DNA of 63,526 nucleotides, counting the filler, from Dicyema japonicum (taxonomy: Eukaryota; Animalia; Dicyemida), in the NCBI GenBank assembly GCA_011109175.1. It is 9 parts of 9 records of this genome, joined end to end, with 100 filler letters (N's around TTAATTAATTAA, not from the genome) between each part and the next. Parts side by side here need not be neighbours in the genome. Positions count along the whole stretch, not along the records: positions 37,820 to 41,603 come from RDEW01000247.1; positions 41,704 to 48,768 come from RDEW01000129.1; positions 48,869 to 54,863 come from RDEW01000169.1; 6 more parts are not named here. One strand, 5' to 3'. Position 1 is the stretch's first letter. Each line of letters starts with the position of its first letter. Made by a program: the position numbers and the translations under genes. Under the pieces are notes generated by a model that made no database searches, was not told where the DNA came from, and was given only the letters and a program-made list of their open reading frames with translations. Shown in pieces: positions 39,190 to 52,955 of this stretch.

Positions 39190-39560
39190 AGCTCTTCACC
39201 AATATTGAGGGAAACTCTCCGGCAGCGATTTTAGCAGCAAGCCTTCGAATTATGTACCGATCGCAATTGGGCGGACACTTCCATCTCCTTTTCTGAATGC
39301 CAATAGATGTTCACACAAAAGAACATCTCTAGCAAATTTTAGAATATCATCATTAACTATTTAAGTGAGCCGCAAAGTGACTGCGTTAACAAGGCACGGC
39401 CGACCTCAGCAGTAGCTTCGGATGTTAGGATAAAATTTCAATTCCAGATAGAAAGCTACGTACTGTTGAGTCAATTACATCATCCTCACGAGGTTCCATT
39501 AAAATTGTCCTTTTGAGTACCCCGTAAGGATGTCAGTTGACATATTGCCCAACGTGAAAA
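39190..39560 (-). mobile_element. CRE-like RT N-terminal fragment
   Basis: LLAFRKGDGSVRPIAIG..RRLAAKI. Confidence 0.7.
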
Positions 39561-41703
39561 ATCGCTCATAAACGGGCATACAGGGAATGCGTCGGTAGAG
39601 AAACATTGGGAAAAGTTGAAATCGGTACTGAGAGGCGGGAACTACCATATGGCCTTCCCACAGATTTTAGGATAAATACAATCCGACCCGGAAATGGGGA
39701 AAAATTCCCCAATATTGAGATTTTCCCAAAATAAGTTGTTCTTTTTTTATCTGCTTTAAATCTGTATAGTTTCTGATGAAGGGTTCGATCTTTGTTTTCA
39801 ACCACGTGCTCATTTGCTAAGACATCCTATTTTAAAAGCTTATTCCTTGAACACATTGCTATATTAAAGAAGTTGTATTTTTTGAAAAAATACTATGTCG
39901 ATGTTATTATATTGGATACAAGCAGACAAGTTGCATTATCTATCAGTAAGTCTTTATTAGAATGACTTTTTTTTAATTTTAAAAACAATAATTTTTATGA
40001 TGGTCCATTGATCAGGAAACCTTTGAACCTCTGAAAACGAAAAACCTTATAAACTTCAGTATTTTATTTGTTCTCATTTACCCAATTTGACGTAGAGCAG
40101 ACTTCACATAGGATTTCTTCCAGTTGGTATATACTTAATTAGAGATCCGTATTTCTCACAGATAAATATACATTTATACAGATGTGACTGTATTTCCATA
40201 CATATTTTATTTTTTATTTTGATTTATTAGTTAATAAGAGTCCTAGAAAAACACGAAGAAGATTTTATTTTGATTTACCGTAACTCCAAAGTCTCTTGGA
40301 CTAAATCGACAAATTACTGAAGGTATTCGTAGAAATGCATTGTTGTTACGCGAGACTACTCTAAATTTGTTCCTAGCATTAAATGAGTATGCAATTTTGC
40401 TGCTAAACTACTACATTGATGTTGTAGAGCTTGACCCAAAGAGTATTATGAGATTGATGTTATAATCTGTGGAGTACTCAGAGAAAATCACGCCTATGCG
40501 CTGACAGCCAACGAGGAGAGAATATATTTACATAATGAGAATTCCAAAATCATGGTTTTCAACACAGTTTTTGTTTTCCCCAAAACGAAGTCGGACTGTA
40601 TTTAGTTACTAATCTCTCCCATTTAGGGGTTTATTACAAAAAGATAATTCATTATTATTATTAAAAACGGTAAAAATTCTCAAAATCGAAATTTTCCCAC
40701 AAAAGAGGTTTTTCCTGCAGTTTGGGTTACTACAAAACGAGGTCGGACTGTAATATAACAGTTGTAGAGACAATGTTGTTTTACTTACTTCAAAGAACAT
40801 TTAAATATATCTGGCTTTTGAACTTGCTTCTTTTCCAATGAACATAAATACTTAAATTCTTCAAGCACTTTAGTTTCATTTGGGAACAACAATGAGACTG
40901 AGGCAGATTTATGTGGTATCTTCTCAAACATCTTAGCAAAACACAGTGTGGTTGAGCCAGATTTCCCTAGGTATCAGTGGAATTTTCAATAAGAATTAGT
41001 CCCCCAATATTGATGAAAGTAAAGCTTTTCTACTCTGGGAAGTGTGTGACTACTTTGTGAGCCTCCGCTGCAGACACTATTCGACTTTACAAGACTATAC
41101 AAGCAGTATCAAACAATCAGCTTCGTTGATGTGTTGTTTTTGTATCTAGACGACCAGAAGATGGGTTTTTTTCTTTTCCTTGTTCGTCTTCGATCTCTGG
41201 GTATGTCCACACCAGAGAACATTGCCATATTGTACTATTTCATTATTTCCTCCAGATGCAGTAACCTCATGATCACCCCCTGAAAGAACTCTATATGGAG
41301 GTCTGGAAAGTTGTATTTCATTATGTACCCTTTGATGCATCACTTTCTTAAGATTTTAGCGACGACATGCATCAGATGACTTTTTTGAGTAAATGTGAAC
41401 TCTCACAAGAAATGCATTTTTTAAGAGCGACGAAAACTCGTGTGGGCATATCTCCGCGACCTCTACGTTGGATTGCTACAGGTCGCTTCTGAGCCGCACC
41501 AAATCTAAACTTCCCTAACCTTGTCAAAGAAGATCTGGCTATGTCCTCAGAATGGAGGAACACCATCATGGTTTTCAGCCTCCTTACCACACTTGTGAAT
41601 CGTNNNNNNNNNNNNNNNNNNNNNNNNNNNNNNNNNNNNNNNNNNNNTTAATTAATTAANNNNNNNNNNNNNNNNNNNNNNNNNNNNNNNNNNNNNNNNN
41701 NNN

Positions 41704-42130
41704 CCTATATACAATAAAAGTAAAATAAATGAAATATTAAGACACGAAACCCTGATTGTGATGGATAATGTCAGAGTTCATCACTGCGAAAAAATCAAAA
41801 TGTTGAGTTACTATATCTACTACCATATAATCCAGACCTCAATCCTATAGAAAATGTTTTTTCTACAACTAAAGCAAAGCTGGATAAGATACGACCACGT
41901 GCTTCAAAGAGGGATGAATTCAAAGCAAACATTAATACTCTGAATAATGAAAGGGATCTTTTCGACAGCATATATGGAGCAACGTGGGACCTTGGATAAG
42001 ATACGACCACGTGCTTCAAAGAGGGATGAATTCAAAGCAAACATTAATACTCTGAATAATGAAAGGGATCTTTTCGACAGCATATATGGAGCAACGTGGG
42101 ACCTTATCAACATGTTTGGAATTAAGATTA
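41704..42130 (+). mobile_element. IS630/Tc1-family DDE transposase C-terminal fragment with an internal ~111-bp tandem duplication
   Basis: LIVMDNVRVHH...YLLPYNPDLNPIENVFS; 41881-41993 is repeated at 41993-42104. Confidence 0.8.
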
Positions 42131-43779
42131 CCAACCAAATTAGATTTTGTGTAGTCAAGAAAAACTGACTACATTCCGTCCACACAATTAATAAGAATTT
42201 TCGAATACTTTCCCCCCAATGGTAATCCACACATCGTCACAACAAACGTCAACAGTGGTAAATTCACTATCACTGTTCTGTATGACTTGGAGCCTTCGAG
42301 TATATAGATGTCGATGATAAAAAAGTGACGCTCCCGTTCCGACAGCATCTTCTTCCTTACATCTTATCTAAATACTAAAAACCCTCTAGGATGAAATCTT
42401 CCTTTTCTCTGATTTTAGTATCGTTAACGACGATATGTCACGATCCTAAGGTGTTACCGAGCCTAGGTGGTTACACTTATGGACTTAGAATAACCCATAA
42501 ACTAAAAAAATATGGCGACCAATTTTATAAGACCCAAGAACAATAACAAGATAAGATATCGTTGACTACAAAAATATTCAATAATAAAAGTTAAAATAAT
42601 TAAGAGCGTTCTTTAAATTAGTAAATTTAATTATTATATTCTTAATTAATAAATTAAATAATTATATTTTCTACTAATAGAACTAATAATAAAAATATAA
42701 CACGATGCTGGTTAATGGGTGTTGTTGATGTTGATAAGAACCATCTAAATTCATCGGATTATGCGGACTTCTGTGCCGAATTGAGTAAAGAAAACCCAAA
42801 TCGAACGGCCACCGAGCTTGTCCGACATGTTTCCGACGCGGATGCTTCTAGGATACGTCCTCAGCAAAACAACACGAAATTTCCGGTTCTACAAGCAATA
42901 ATGTTTTCATTAACAGCTGATTGTCGAGATCAATGGGCTGCCTCAGTTATTGAAAGCACGCGCTCTAGACTGGGTCGTGTCCCCAGAGGTGGATAGGTTC
43001 AAGGCCAAGAGAGCTGATTAACTCTTACAATTGTGCTAACTACCTGAAAAGTGAGTTGAACACCAGGGACGACCTGGCTACGAGCAATAATGTCTTCCTC
43101 AACAGCTGATTGTCGAGAACGCTGCCTCAGTATTGAAAGCACGCGCTCTAGACTGGGTCGTGTCCCCAGAGTGGATGGGCTATTCTCTTGGAGGGGTTCA
43201 AGACTAAGTTTGGAGAGGAAATAAACAATGCCTGAGTTAAGAAAACTGATATACGTCTAGGAACGCAAACAATTATCACGCAATGAACTTGATTCCGAAG
43301 GTTACCCAGATTCTAAGCCTGGTATGTCTTCACCGTCCCTGGATCCTAAATTTTATGATCACTGCCGACGCACATTTATGGAACAATTGATAATTGCCGA
43401 GCAAATTGAACAAAGCTCGAGACCCCGATCCAAAAAGATTCCTATGTCAAGATTGATTGGAGTGTTTGAACTGTGTCATTAGCCAATGGGTTAAAAAGAA
43501 CTCCATAATTTCTATGGATCAAATTTCTACTCTTATTTATGCTGGTCAAGCTACATATCAGATTATTACAGTTAAAAAAATGAGCCATCAAAATGGAATG
43601 AGAATATATGTAGAATAGTCGAAAAGTGGAAATCCTTTTTTTGTTAATTAAAAAATTTTTTATGAAGACGTTGTCATCAAAGGAAAAACCTATGACCTGC
43701 CACGCGTCATCCTTAGTGGGATGCAATAAAAATCATGGTGAAAGAGGAGGATTATTTCGTAAATTGAAGATAAAATTAA

Positions 43780-45700
43780 AATTTTTGAAAAGAAATTGTG
43801 TGTATCTGAGTCCCGCAAGAAATTCCGTCTTGATAATCTAAACTTCGAATTAAATAAATCATTTTACAGAAACTTAACCCCTACGACAAATAATGTTACT
43901 GAGTCTATTGATAATGAAAAATGTGCTGACTTTTGGGAAGACGTCTGGAAAAAGAAAGATGTATGTTTAAGAGGGTCAATATTGAAAAAAGAATGTACCT
44001 GTTGGATTTAATAGAAATGAGTTTAATGAAACAATTAAATATCTGCCTAACTGGAAAGCCCAGGCTGCGATGGAGTTTTAAACTTTTTGTTAAAAAGTTC
44101 ACGTCTTTGCACGACTCAATATTTAATGTGATGAGTAGAGTTGTGGAAGGAGAATGTGTGCCTGGAGAGTGTTTTTCACTGGACTCACTTACTTGATCCC
44201 AAAATGCACTGCCACTGAGTTGCCAAAAGATTTCCGCCCGATTACATGCATACCATCGTTATATAAACTCATGACGAAATGCATTAATATGAAACTAACT
44301 GCATTTGATCTACTTACTGAAAACCAAATGGGCACTAGGAAGAGATCCCAAGGTGCTAAGGAACAGGCTCTGGTGAACAAGTCACTTAACAAAACTAACA
44401 GATTTGGACTTTATGCTGCATGGATTGACGTTAAAATGGCTTTCGACTCAGTAAATTATGATTTTCTCTTCGATGTCCTTGAAAACTCTGGCATTCCATT
44501 GTGGATTGTTAACGTAATTAAAATACTTACTAAAAATTGGAAATACAAGCTTTTTTTAAATAAAAAAATATACGCACAATCAAATTACAAAGAGGAATTT
44601 TACAGGGAGATAGTTTGTCTCCTATGCTATTTGTGCTAGTGTTGGATCCACTTAGCCGATTCCTTAATAACAGATATCCGAAAGTTTCCAGTAATGATCA
44701 GTCAATTTCATCGTTTTCAACTAATCATCTTTTATTCATAGACGACCTAAAACTTATTTCGAACGATGAAGTTATTGTTAAGATGATGGAACAAGTTAAT
44801 TTATATTTCAAATCTGTTGGTCTCGAAAAGAACTTGGATAAATCGGCTACTAATTCTTTGTTGTTATCAAATGAAGCTAAAGTAATTGATGGATATAAGT
44901 ATTTGGGTGTATTGGAAGGCCATCTGGGCTAATTAACAAGACAGACATGCTTAAAACAATATTTTGAAGTATGCCAAAGAATAGAAAAATTAGCAAACAC
45001 TAAATTGAACTCTTTTTAAAGACATTAACGAACATGCATTATCTTTATACAATTACTATATCGGCTTAATTGATTTGAACCGAATGAATTTGAGAAGATT
45101 GATACTTTTATCCGTAGTTTGCTGAATAAATATCATATACACCTTAAACCAGCTTGCAAAGAGAGACTGTACCTACCTCGAAACATGCTAAGGAGAGGAT
45201 TGTGCTCAATCTCTTTCCTCAGTGAGAGAATGTTATTTGGTTTTCTGAACAATTTGAATGGAAGAAGTACTTGTTGCAGAAGAGTTCCGCTATTCTTCAG
45301 GCCGAAACTTTAAGTAAAACTCATATGGCTACCATTGAAGAATTTTTGCGGGGGAAGTACTCTGTTGACAATACATTTATCCTGGATAGTAATTTTTTGA
45401 TTGACCTACAAAAAGAAAACTTAAAGAAACAAATAAGTATGAAAAGTCTTCATACGAAGTGTACAAAAACCTATCGGAAGAATTCGTAAACACTGAATTT
45501 TCATCCCTGTGATAGCAAAAGGGAACAACTCTCCAAAATCGGAAGCCTTGTTCTGTTAGTCCAGGACAGAAATCTCTTCTTTGGAGAACTGAACAGGATT
45601 TGCACCTTGTGTAAAAAATGGAAGAAAACCGTCGATCATTGTGCTACAAGATGTGGCAAAATGTTGCATCCTAGATTACGTCAGAAGACATAATCTAGGA
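43780..45700 (+). mobile_element. R4/Dong-like (RLE-type) non-LTR retrotransposon: RT plus CCHC finger, degenerate
   Basis: FRPITCIPSLYKL, NQMGT...QGAKEQAL, WIDVKMAFDSV, LQGDSLSPMLF, HLLFIDDLKL, YKYLGV, ERLYLPR...RGL and CTLC......DHCATRC. Confidence 0.9.
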
Positions 45701-45956
45701 TGCATTTAGGTGACTGAAAGAGTCGGAGAGTCTTTATCTCCAAATAAACAAAAAATGAAGTCTCAAAGAAGTGGCTCATTGATTTGTCAAATTTAACCTT
45801 CATTTTAATCCCCAAGTATTCGAGTACCCAATGAGAGAACGATTCTTAGGGTACTAGTAGAGAACTTTCACACAGCAGGCGTATTGACTTGGTTTTGATG
45901 TCTTGGGTATAATATATGGAAATAAATCGAATTTATTCGGTTAGTTTAGTTTTTTG

Positions 45957-46560
45957 TCAGACCCTTTTAGCATCGTAGATGCGTGGAACCTTCCACCAGA
46001 ATCGAACCCGTAACCTAAACCTAACCACTATGCCAAACCTGTAAATGGTAGAGTAGTTGTGGATACCGCGGACGTCTACTCTCTCCCTATTGCAATTCAC
46101 GAAGATCTTGGACTGTAAACGAGGCTTAGCAAAACTTGTGAGATGACTCTTAATGAATAGAGATCCCCAAGCCTGATCCATGAGAAAGAACAGTAATTTT
46201 CGATCATCTGGAGCTTTCTTGTTTCGAATCACATGGATTGAACGGTGAATCCTCACTTCCGAGACCGCTTAAATAGTCTTCTTATCTCCACAACAAAACT
46301 AAAGGATTTCCTGCAGTTGATTTTCGCTTGTTCACAATGATGGCCTCTTCAACATCCACGCCTTTTCTTGTAGAGTAGGCTAGCTATATTTTGAGTCCAT
46401 TAACTTTCCTTTCTTGGTTCCGGTTCTTTCAGACCCAGTGCTACCCCCAATATGTCCACATCTGTTTTGTATCTTCCTGTTCAATAGGATCGATGATGTT
46501 GGTAATTTTTTGGATAACCGATAGACACCAGACAGGTCACTATTTTTTCCTCCAAAATTC
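45957..46560 (-). mobile_element. LINE RT C-terminal remnant
   Basis: DILGVAL....WTQNI pattern; degenerate. Confidence 0.35.
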
Positions 46561-47349
46561 ATAGCTTTATTTTTGTACTCTCTTGTTTATCTAGTAAATG
46601 CGTACATCAGTTACTAGTGTCTTCCGGGCTCCTTTTAAGTGAAGGAAACCCCTAGTCGACAGAAAATTAACTACCAAAAACGGAAACTAGAAATCCAGTA
46701 ATTGAGACAAATAACTCGTCTTCTGATGGTTTATAAAAGACATAGCGATGAAATTGATCATCCGATTCTGTTAAAGTAGTCTTGTTTATCCGTATAATGA
46801 TCGGAGGGATTTTTAAATTACCTTATTGTAAGAAAATCAACAAAAAATAGAGTGGAGGAAAAAAGGCCCAAATAGTATATTTATTTAACTTGGATGACGT
46901 TGTCGTCATTTAGCAAGTCAACTAAATGTACCACAGCTTACTGCTTAGAGGAATAAAGAATGGTTTACTAAGCACTCCATAAAAATTTAAAATTACAGAT
47001 CTTTTATGAGAACTGTAAAAAAAATTTTTGAAAACAGGGGGTTCCGAAAGAATCAGGTTCCGCAGTGAAATGTTCACTGATGACGACGTCACTCGTCAAG
47101 TCAATACATATTGATGTGTGAAACCTTCAACAAAATGTATAGCAGAGGAATCAAGCCTGAAAAGTGCAGGTTATTGGTCTTTGGCTGCTTTAAGCAATCA
47201 AATAATATAATACATAGAGATACCATCTATGGGGTTCCTATAGAAATCACTGGGAGGACGAGGTAGCTTGGGATGATTTTAACTCCAAGTTTAGTTTCCA
47301 GTACACACTGCCCTTGTAAGAGACTGACTGTGCAAAGATAATCTTGGTA

Positions 47350-47815
47350 ATACTAAAATCTCCCGAGTTATGGGTCTTCCTCTTACAACTATATGTACAA
47401 TTGTTTCTTCATATCTGAAGGATGGAAAGACCAAATGTTGTAAGCATGGCGGGGATCATAGAATAATCTTGACTGCTGATCAGAAAAATTTAATACGGAT
47501 GTGGATTGATGAAGATGCAACAATGACCTTGGGGGCGTTGAAAATAAAACTATGCGAGGAGATGGAGATATCCGTAAGTACAAGTACCATCAACCCCTGT
47601 TTAAATGAATTTCACTACACAGTGAAAACTCTCAACATTGTTCCTGAGAGAAGACACTGTGAAAGAACCATTGAGATACGATGGGAATATGGGACAAATT
47701 TCCAAGAAATTTAATTTGACGTTGGGGATAGCCGAATACTCTTTATAAACGAAGTAGGTTACACTGTCTCCCAGCGCGTCCGCTTTGGAAGGTCTGGAAG
47801 AGGTATTTCTGCCCG
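47350..47815 (+). mobile_element. IS630/Tc1-family transposase N-terminal HTH fragment
   Basis: MGLPLTTICTIV...GG.H..ILT.DQK..I..WIDED.TMTL..L...ISVSTSTI...YTVK.L...PERR, then LFINEVG (decayed first Asp motif). Confidence 0.75.
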
Positions 47816-48077
47816 TCTTAAAATGTCCTAATTGTACTATGTGGAAATCCTGCCCAGAAACCTTGAAAATATGATAGAGGCGACTGGAAACAGTACCCCT
47901 GCGAAGGAGTCGAGTATGCGGACCCCGCCCATATCGGAAATGTGCAGGAACGCAGTCGGAACACCGAGAGAAGATGCGAAAAACTGTTGAGGGTGGCCGG
48001 GATCACCTGAATTTGTTTATTTTGGATATGACGGTGGTTTTTTGGTTCAATAAAATTAAATTAAAATGTCCTAAAAA

Positions 48078-48768
48078 ATGTCTTATCAGATTGAGACCAG
48101 GGGATTCATCCACCATGAATGTAGACATTTCGTGCAATATAAGCAGGTCAATCTGTCGAGGTGCGCCAATTGAAAAATTTGAATATAAAAGTCATGTTTT
48201 CGTCGAATAGCGAATATTTTGAAATTCCAGTTCAAATGGGTATGAATAATGGCTATGATAATATCGCTATCAGCATATCCTCGAGAATGAAGCTATCCGA
48301 ACCGGTAGCCAAGCTGACTTCAGAGATTCATGTGAGAGATATAGACCCTGAGAGGATCGGTATACGTCGTAATAACTCAGATGACCACACTGAAGTCATC
48401 AAAAGGCGAGATATTTCATTTTGGACCCAGAATTTACAAAAATATAAAAACAAGATCCCATCCGCTGTTTGGATACAATCAATTTATGCGGGAGTCAACT
48501 TGTTCTTTGAAGAAGGGATCATGGTATGGAATGTGTAGAAATAATAGGACACTGACATACTTCTTACGAAATTCGCAGGGGATATGGCGGATATGATAGG
48601 GGAATACGTTATATGCCAGTTGATTACATATGAACGGAATTTCCACGAGGCAAAGTCATTTCAAAGGCAGAGTATGTGGTATCAGCCTGTTGAGATTAAA
48701 GGGACACGGAGAAATTCGGCACATATAAGTCTCTTAAAAACAAAATTGTTGGAATTCTGGGATTTGGT
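48078..48768 (+). CDS. Unknown host protein, 5' part; continues into the spacer
   Basis: ATG at 48078; introns 48121-43 (23 nt), 48360-80 (21 nt) and 48524-47 (24 nt, removes three in-frame stops) give MSYQIETRGFIHHESGQSVEVRQLKN...FFEEGIMDTDILLTKFAGD...LLEFWDL, then a GT donor at the gap edge. Confidence 0.65.
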
Positions 48769-49894
48769 NNNNNNNNNNNNNNNNNNNNNNNNNNNNNNNN
48801 NNNNNNNNNNNNTTAATTAATTAANNNNNNNNNNNNNNNNNNNNNNNNNNNNNNNNNNNNNNNNNNNNATACTGGTTCCAGATTGTTGGCTACTTTGTTT
48901 GTCGCTCTTGATTTAGCAGATCTAGCATCATTGTTCCCCCATTTTATGAATATATATTTACTATTCCCGCCAAATGTATTACGTTTTTTTATGTCAGCCA
49001 CATATGAACGATGTTTGAATACAATTTATTTAAGTCAGTATTATTCCCTGTTACTGTCTTTATTCTGGGTTGTTTAAAGTGGTGTATTTACTATTAGGTG
49101 TATCTCGAGGGTCTTTGTGTTTGTACACCAACGAGTCCTTCCGTGAAAGGGTGATCGAGGACTACAAAAGTGGAGGAATGTTGTTGTTGAGTGCATTCAT
49201 TGTGTCTCGGGGAGTGTTGATTTCTGTGATCTCTGCAGACGTAAAATCACGGAGTTGAAAGTTAGTTGTTTTATGTTGATTTGCCAGGATGAGTATTCGG
49301 TTATTGCTGATTCTGAAAGCATTTTGTTGGAAAGTTTTTAATTCTGCTGTGAATTGTGACTATTTTGGCATGACTTTTTTTATTGCTGTTGGGAAATTTT
49401 AATTTTCATATCTTCATAATAAATATTTAATCAACTAATTCCATTAGATTTTTTTATAACCTGTCATCATGTTTATATTTCAGGTAAAAAAATAAATTAG
49501 AAAATCACTGGAAGTAGAAAAACTGAACAAATATGACATTCCAGCCATTACAATTAATTTAGAATGCTAAAATGAAGATTGTACTGATTTGCCTTATGGG
49601 GGTGTCTATACATTTTTCAAAAAAATATATTGATCTTCTAGAGATCAAAGGAAAATGTCCAAGCATATAGGCTCAAAAATCATGGCACCACTTAATAAAT
49701 TTTAATACTCTATATGTTTACCCATAAAATAAAAATGTATTTTTACCTTTAATCATTTTTTACAAAATTAAAAAGTTTCTGGATAAGAAAAATAATTTTA
49801 GATATCTAAAATGTTAATAATTGGTTTAGAAGTGACTATTTATTAGTGTTATTTAATGGGTAAAAAGTGTTTAAATAACCACTAATAAATAAAA

Positions 49895-50220
49895 AAATGG
49901 TGTATTGTATGCAGTAAAATTCTTTCAAATGATGGAATGGTCCCGTCTGAGATAAAAAGACATTTAGCCACTATGCACTTTCATTTAAAAAGATAATAAA
50001 TCATCATATTTTATGAGCATGTTAAAATCCATAGACTCAAAGTGCCGCATTCGTTAAAATACATCACGTTTCTCAAAGAGCTTTAGAAGCTAGTTCCTTT
50101 TTTTTGCTGAGCTCATATCTAAAAACCGTAAGAATCACACTATTGGAGAAAAATTGATATTACCCGCCTGCAAAATAAAATCTACTTTGTTCCACGTTTC
50201 GAAAAATAAAGAATGATTAC
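49895..50220 (+). mobile_element. hAT Buster/ZBED5-like transposase N-terminal BED-finger fragment
   Basis: CIVCSKILSNDGMVPSEIKRHLATMH, ALEAS and K.HTIGEKLILPACK. Confidence 0.75.
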
Positions 50221-51199
50221 TAAGGTAATTCTGATAGTTTTTTATAATATTTTTATAGGTTGGCGTATTTTTGGGAAATTTCGAGAATATGTTAACCTCA
50301 ACTGATAAAATCCTTGGATTTAGGGAAAACTTTTGTCAATTGAAGATGACCTCATGGTATTTTTTGTCGCAAATTCGTCCCCGTCTGGAAATTTTGTGTA
50401 CACATAAACAACCGCAAGTGTCTTATTAGTTCTCATAATTACTTTGTGTAATTAAAAAAGCATTTTCGAACTAATATGTGCCGCGAGAAAAAAAACCTGG
50501 TTTTTTAGGCGCCGCGAGCNNNNNNNNNNNNNNNNNNNNNNNNNNNNNNNNNNNNNNNNNNNNNNNNNNNNNNNNNNNNNNNNNNNNNNNNNNNNNNNNN
50601 NNNNNNNNNNNNNNNNNNNNNNNNNNNNNNNNNNNNNNNNNNNNNNNNNNNNNNNNNNNNNNNNNNNNNNNNNNNNNNNNNNNNNNNNNNNNNNNNNNNN
50701 NNNNNTAATAGTTTAATATTTCCGAATCCTCTGGCTGAGACAAAGGATCTCGATCACAATCGTGCGCGGCAATGCGCAAGCTATCCGTTTGGCCGGGATC
50801 TAACCGTTATCTGGCCACCCTCGGAGATCGAGCTCGTTTTTTCTTTTTATTTAATTTCTTTTAATTAACTAATTTAATTGTACACAGTTTAATACTAGTT
50901 TTATGAAAGATTTATCTAAGTAATTATTAATAGTAACCCACTTTTTTGAAAAAAATTTTTGTGCATAGGTCCCCATGAATTTTTTCATAATAATAATTAT
51001 TATTAGAACACCAAGACCACGGTAAAGACCGAACAAAAGTCTCGTGATCCCGATGCACTCACCAGGGACCTTATCCTCGCTCGGTCTTCCCCACAGAGCC
51101 CACACAAGATCGCACCGAGCGGCTAGTCGGTTTCTCCGCGACATTGACCGGCAATCTGGAGTTCTTATTAATCAGGTCCTCCAGAGGAGCCTGGCCGGA

Positions 51200-52450
51200 A
51201 CATTTATTACTGTGCGACCAACGTTCGGTTAATCTGTACGCCCTTATTTGGGCCTCCTCGATTCGCCTCCTGTTGGTCCAAGATAGCAGCGGTCCCCATG
51301 ATGCGCAGGCGTAGGAGATGGACGGTTCAAAGTATTGGATAAATGTTCGCCAATACCGAGTGAGAATCGTCCCTCCATGAACCGAATAAGCTTCTCAGCA
51401 CGTTCGCTTTTTTTCACATTTACGAATTATGTTGTCTGCGTGTGGAGAGAAGCAGAGATGCATGTCGAGAGTTACTCCTAGCACCGTCTGACTTCTGTTG
51501 AAAGGAATGGCCACATTGTTCAGCTTCAAATCGACTGTCTTCCTTCCCAATCTTTTATCAGATGTGAAAAGGGACGTAGCGGACTTCGCAGCGTTCACAA
51601 CGAGTCGGTTATCAGCTAGCCAAACGTTGAGCCGATCCAAGTTAGCTTGAAGTCTTTCAGAGGCCTTCTGGATGTCCCGATTCCGTGAGGCCAATACGAT
51701 GTCATCCGCATAAGATAGGATAACGTCATTATTGTCGGTGGGGGGCGAGAGATCTTCCAGGAAGAGATTGAAAAGGGCCGAGGATAAGGGGGATCCTTGA
51801 GGTACTCCGTTGGGCAGAAGACGTGACGTAGACTTTAGGACACCGAGGTACACCCTACCCTTCGTCTACGAAATTAGTGATCTATAGTTTGAGCTTCCCT
51901 GAAAACTTTGTTTGAAATATCTTTATTGGTGAAATCTTTTTCGAAATTGAATCAAAGACTTTGTGTATATCGATGGAACAGATCTCTGTTTTTAACTGTC
52001 TCAGTTTGTTTGAAAATTTAGCAAGAATGAACTCAGTAAGTATTTGTAAGTATGTAGATGTGGATTTATCACTTTTAAACCCATTTTGAAATGACTTTCC
52101 CGGTAAATTCTTTTGTTCTTCCAAATACGAATCTTTCCAGGATTTTTGACATAGAGTATAAGAGAGACACCGATCAAAAGATGCCGCACCGTATCTTGGT
52201 TTTCCAGGTTTCAATATCTCCCTTATTATTGCCTGTTTTCATTCTGAGCGAATCACTTTATTGTTGATCAAATATTTGAAGATATCTGTTAGAAAGGTAA
52301 CTCCTCCGTCACCTAGATTTTTTAATAGAATGCCCGGGATTTTGTCTGGACCGTAGAAAGCGTACGTTTTTTGTGGAATACAAAGTATCCAACACCTCTT
52401 TCACCGAGTAAAGGAGAGGTGCCGGCCGTTTCTTCATTCTTCTGTTTGAG
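51200..52450 (-). mobile_element. Jockey/I-like LINE RT (probably two juxtaposed fragments)
   Basis: GPDKIP, FQNGFK, SIDIHKVFDSI, GVPQGSPLSSALFN, SYADD and VLGVTLD. Confidence 0.88.
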
Positions 52451-52955
52451 GGAAGTGTATCCAATTTCTTGTGCTCCTTTTGTGCTATTTTCGCGTAGGA
52501 TTTAAGAAATTACTTTAAAATGATTCTGAGACTATAATACTTTTTCAGAAAAAATTCCGATTTAACTACAACTCTAAATGGAACTTTAAAATTTATTGAT
52601 TAATCTTTAAAATTGTATAACGACTAAATTCAGACGTAATTTACGATTTAATATATCTTAAAAATTGGAAAATAATGAGCTGCTTTAAGAAATCATTCCT
52701 TCTTCACAAATCCACTGACAATTCTCATTATAATTTTTTCGTAAATTTAAAACATGGGCCTAATATGACTCTAATATCTTTTTATCAATCCTAATCGAGA
52801 CATAAAATCAACATTTTTTTCAGATTTTCTATTCTAGCTAAGGATATTCAACAAAAAGTATTTATTCTTGAGGTATTTTAAGAAATCTTATTAACAGAAA
52901 GAAACGTGGGCCCTTCTTTAAGGAATACGGTATTAAAATAGTATATCAGTAATTA

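Noticed and set aside
40770-41603. Host gene in ORFs 41146-41343 and 41372-41590
   Set aside because: I could not build a consistent tiny-intron model; it has multiple stops and is probably a decayed TE.
48161-48768. Viral or Polinton ORF with nonsense mutations
   Set aside because: The stops fall inside a canonical 24-nt intron, so a host gene is the better reading.
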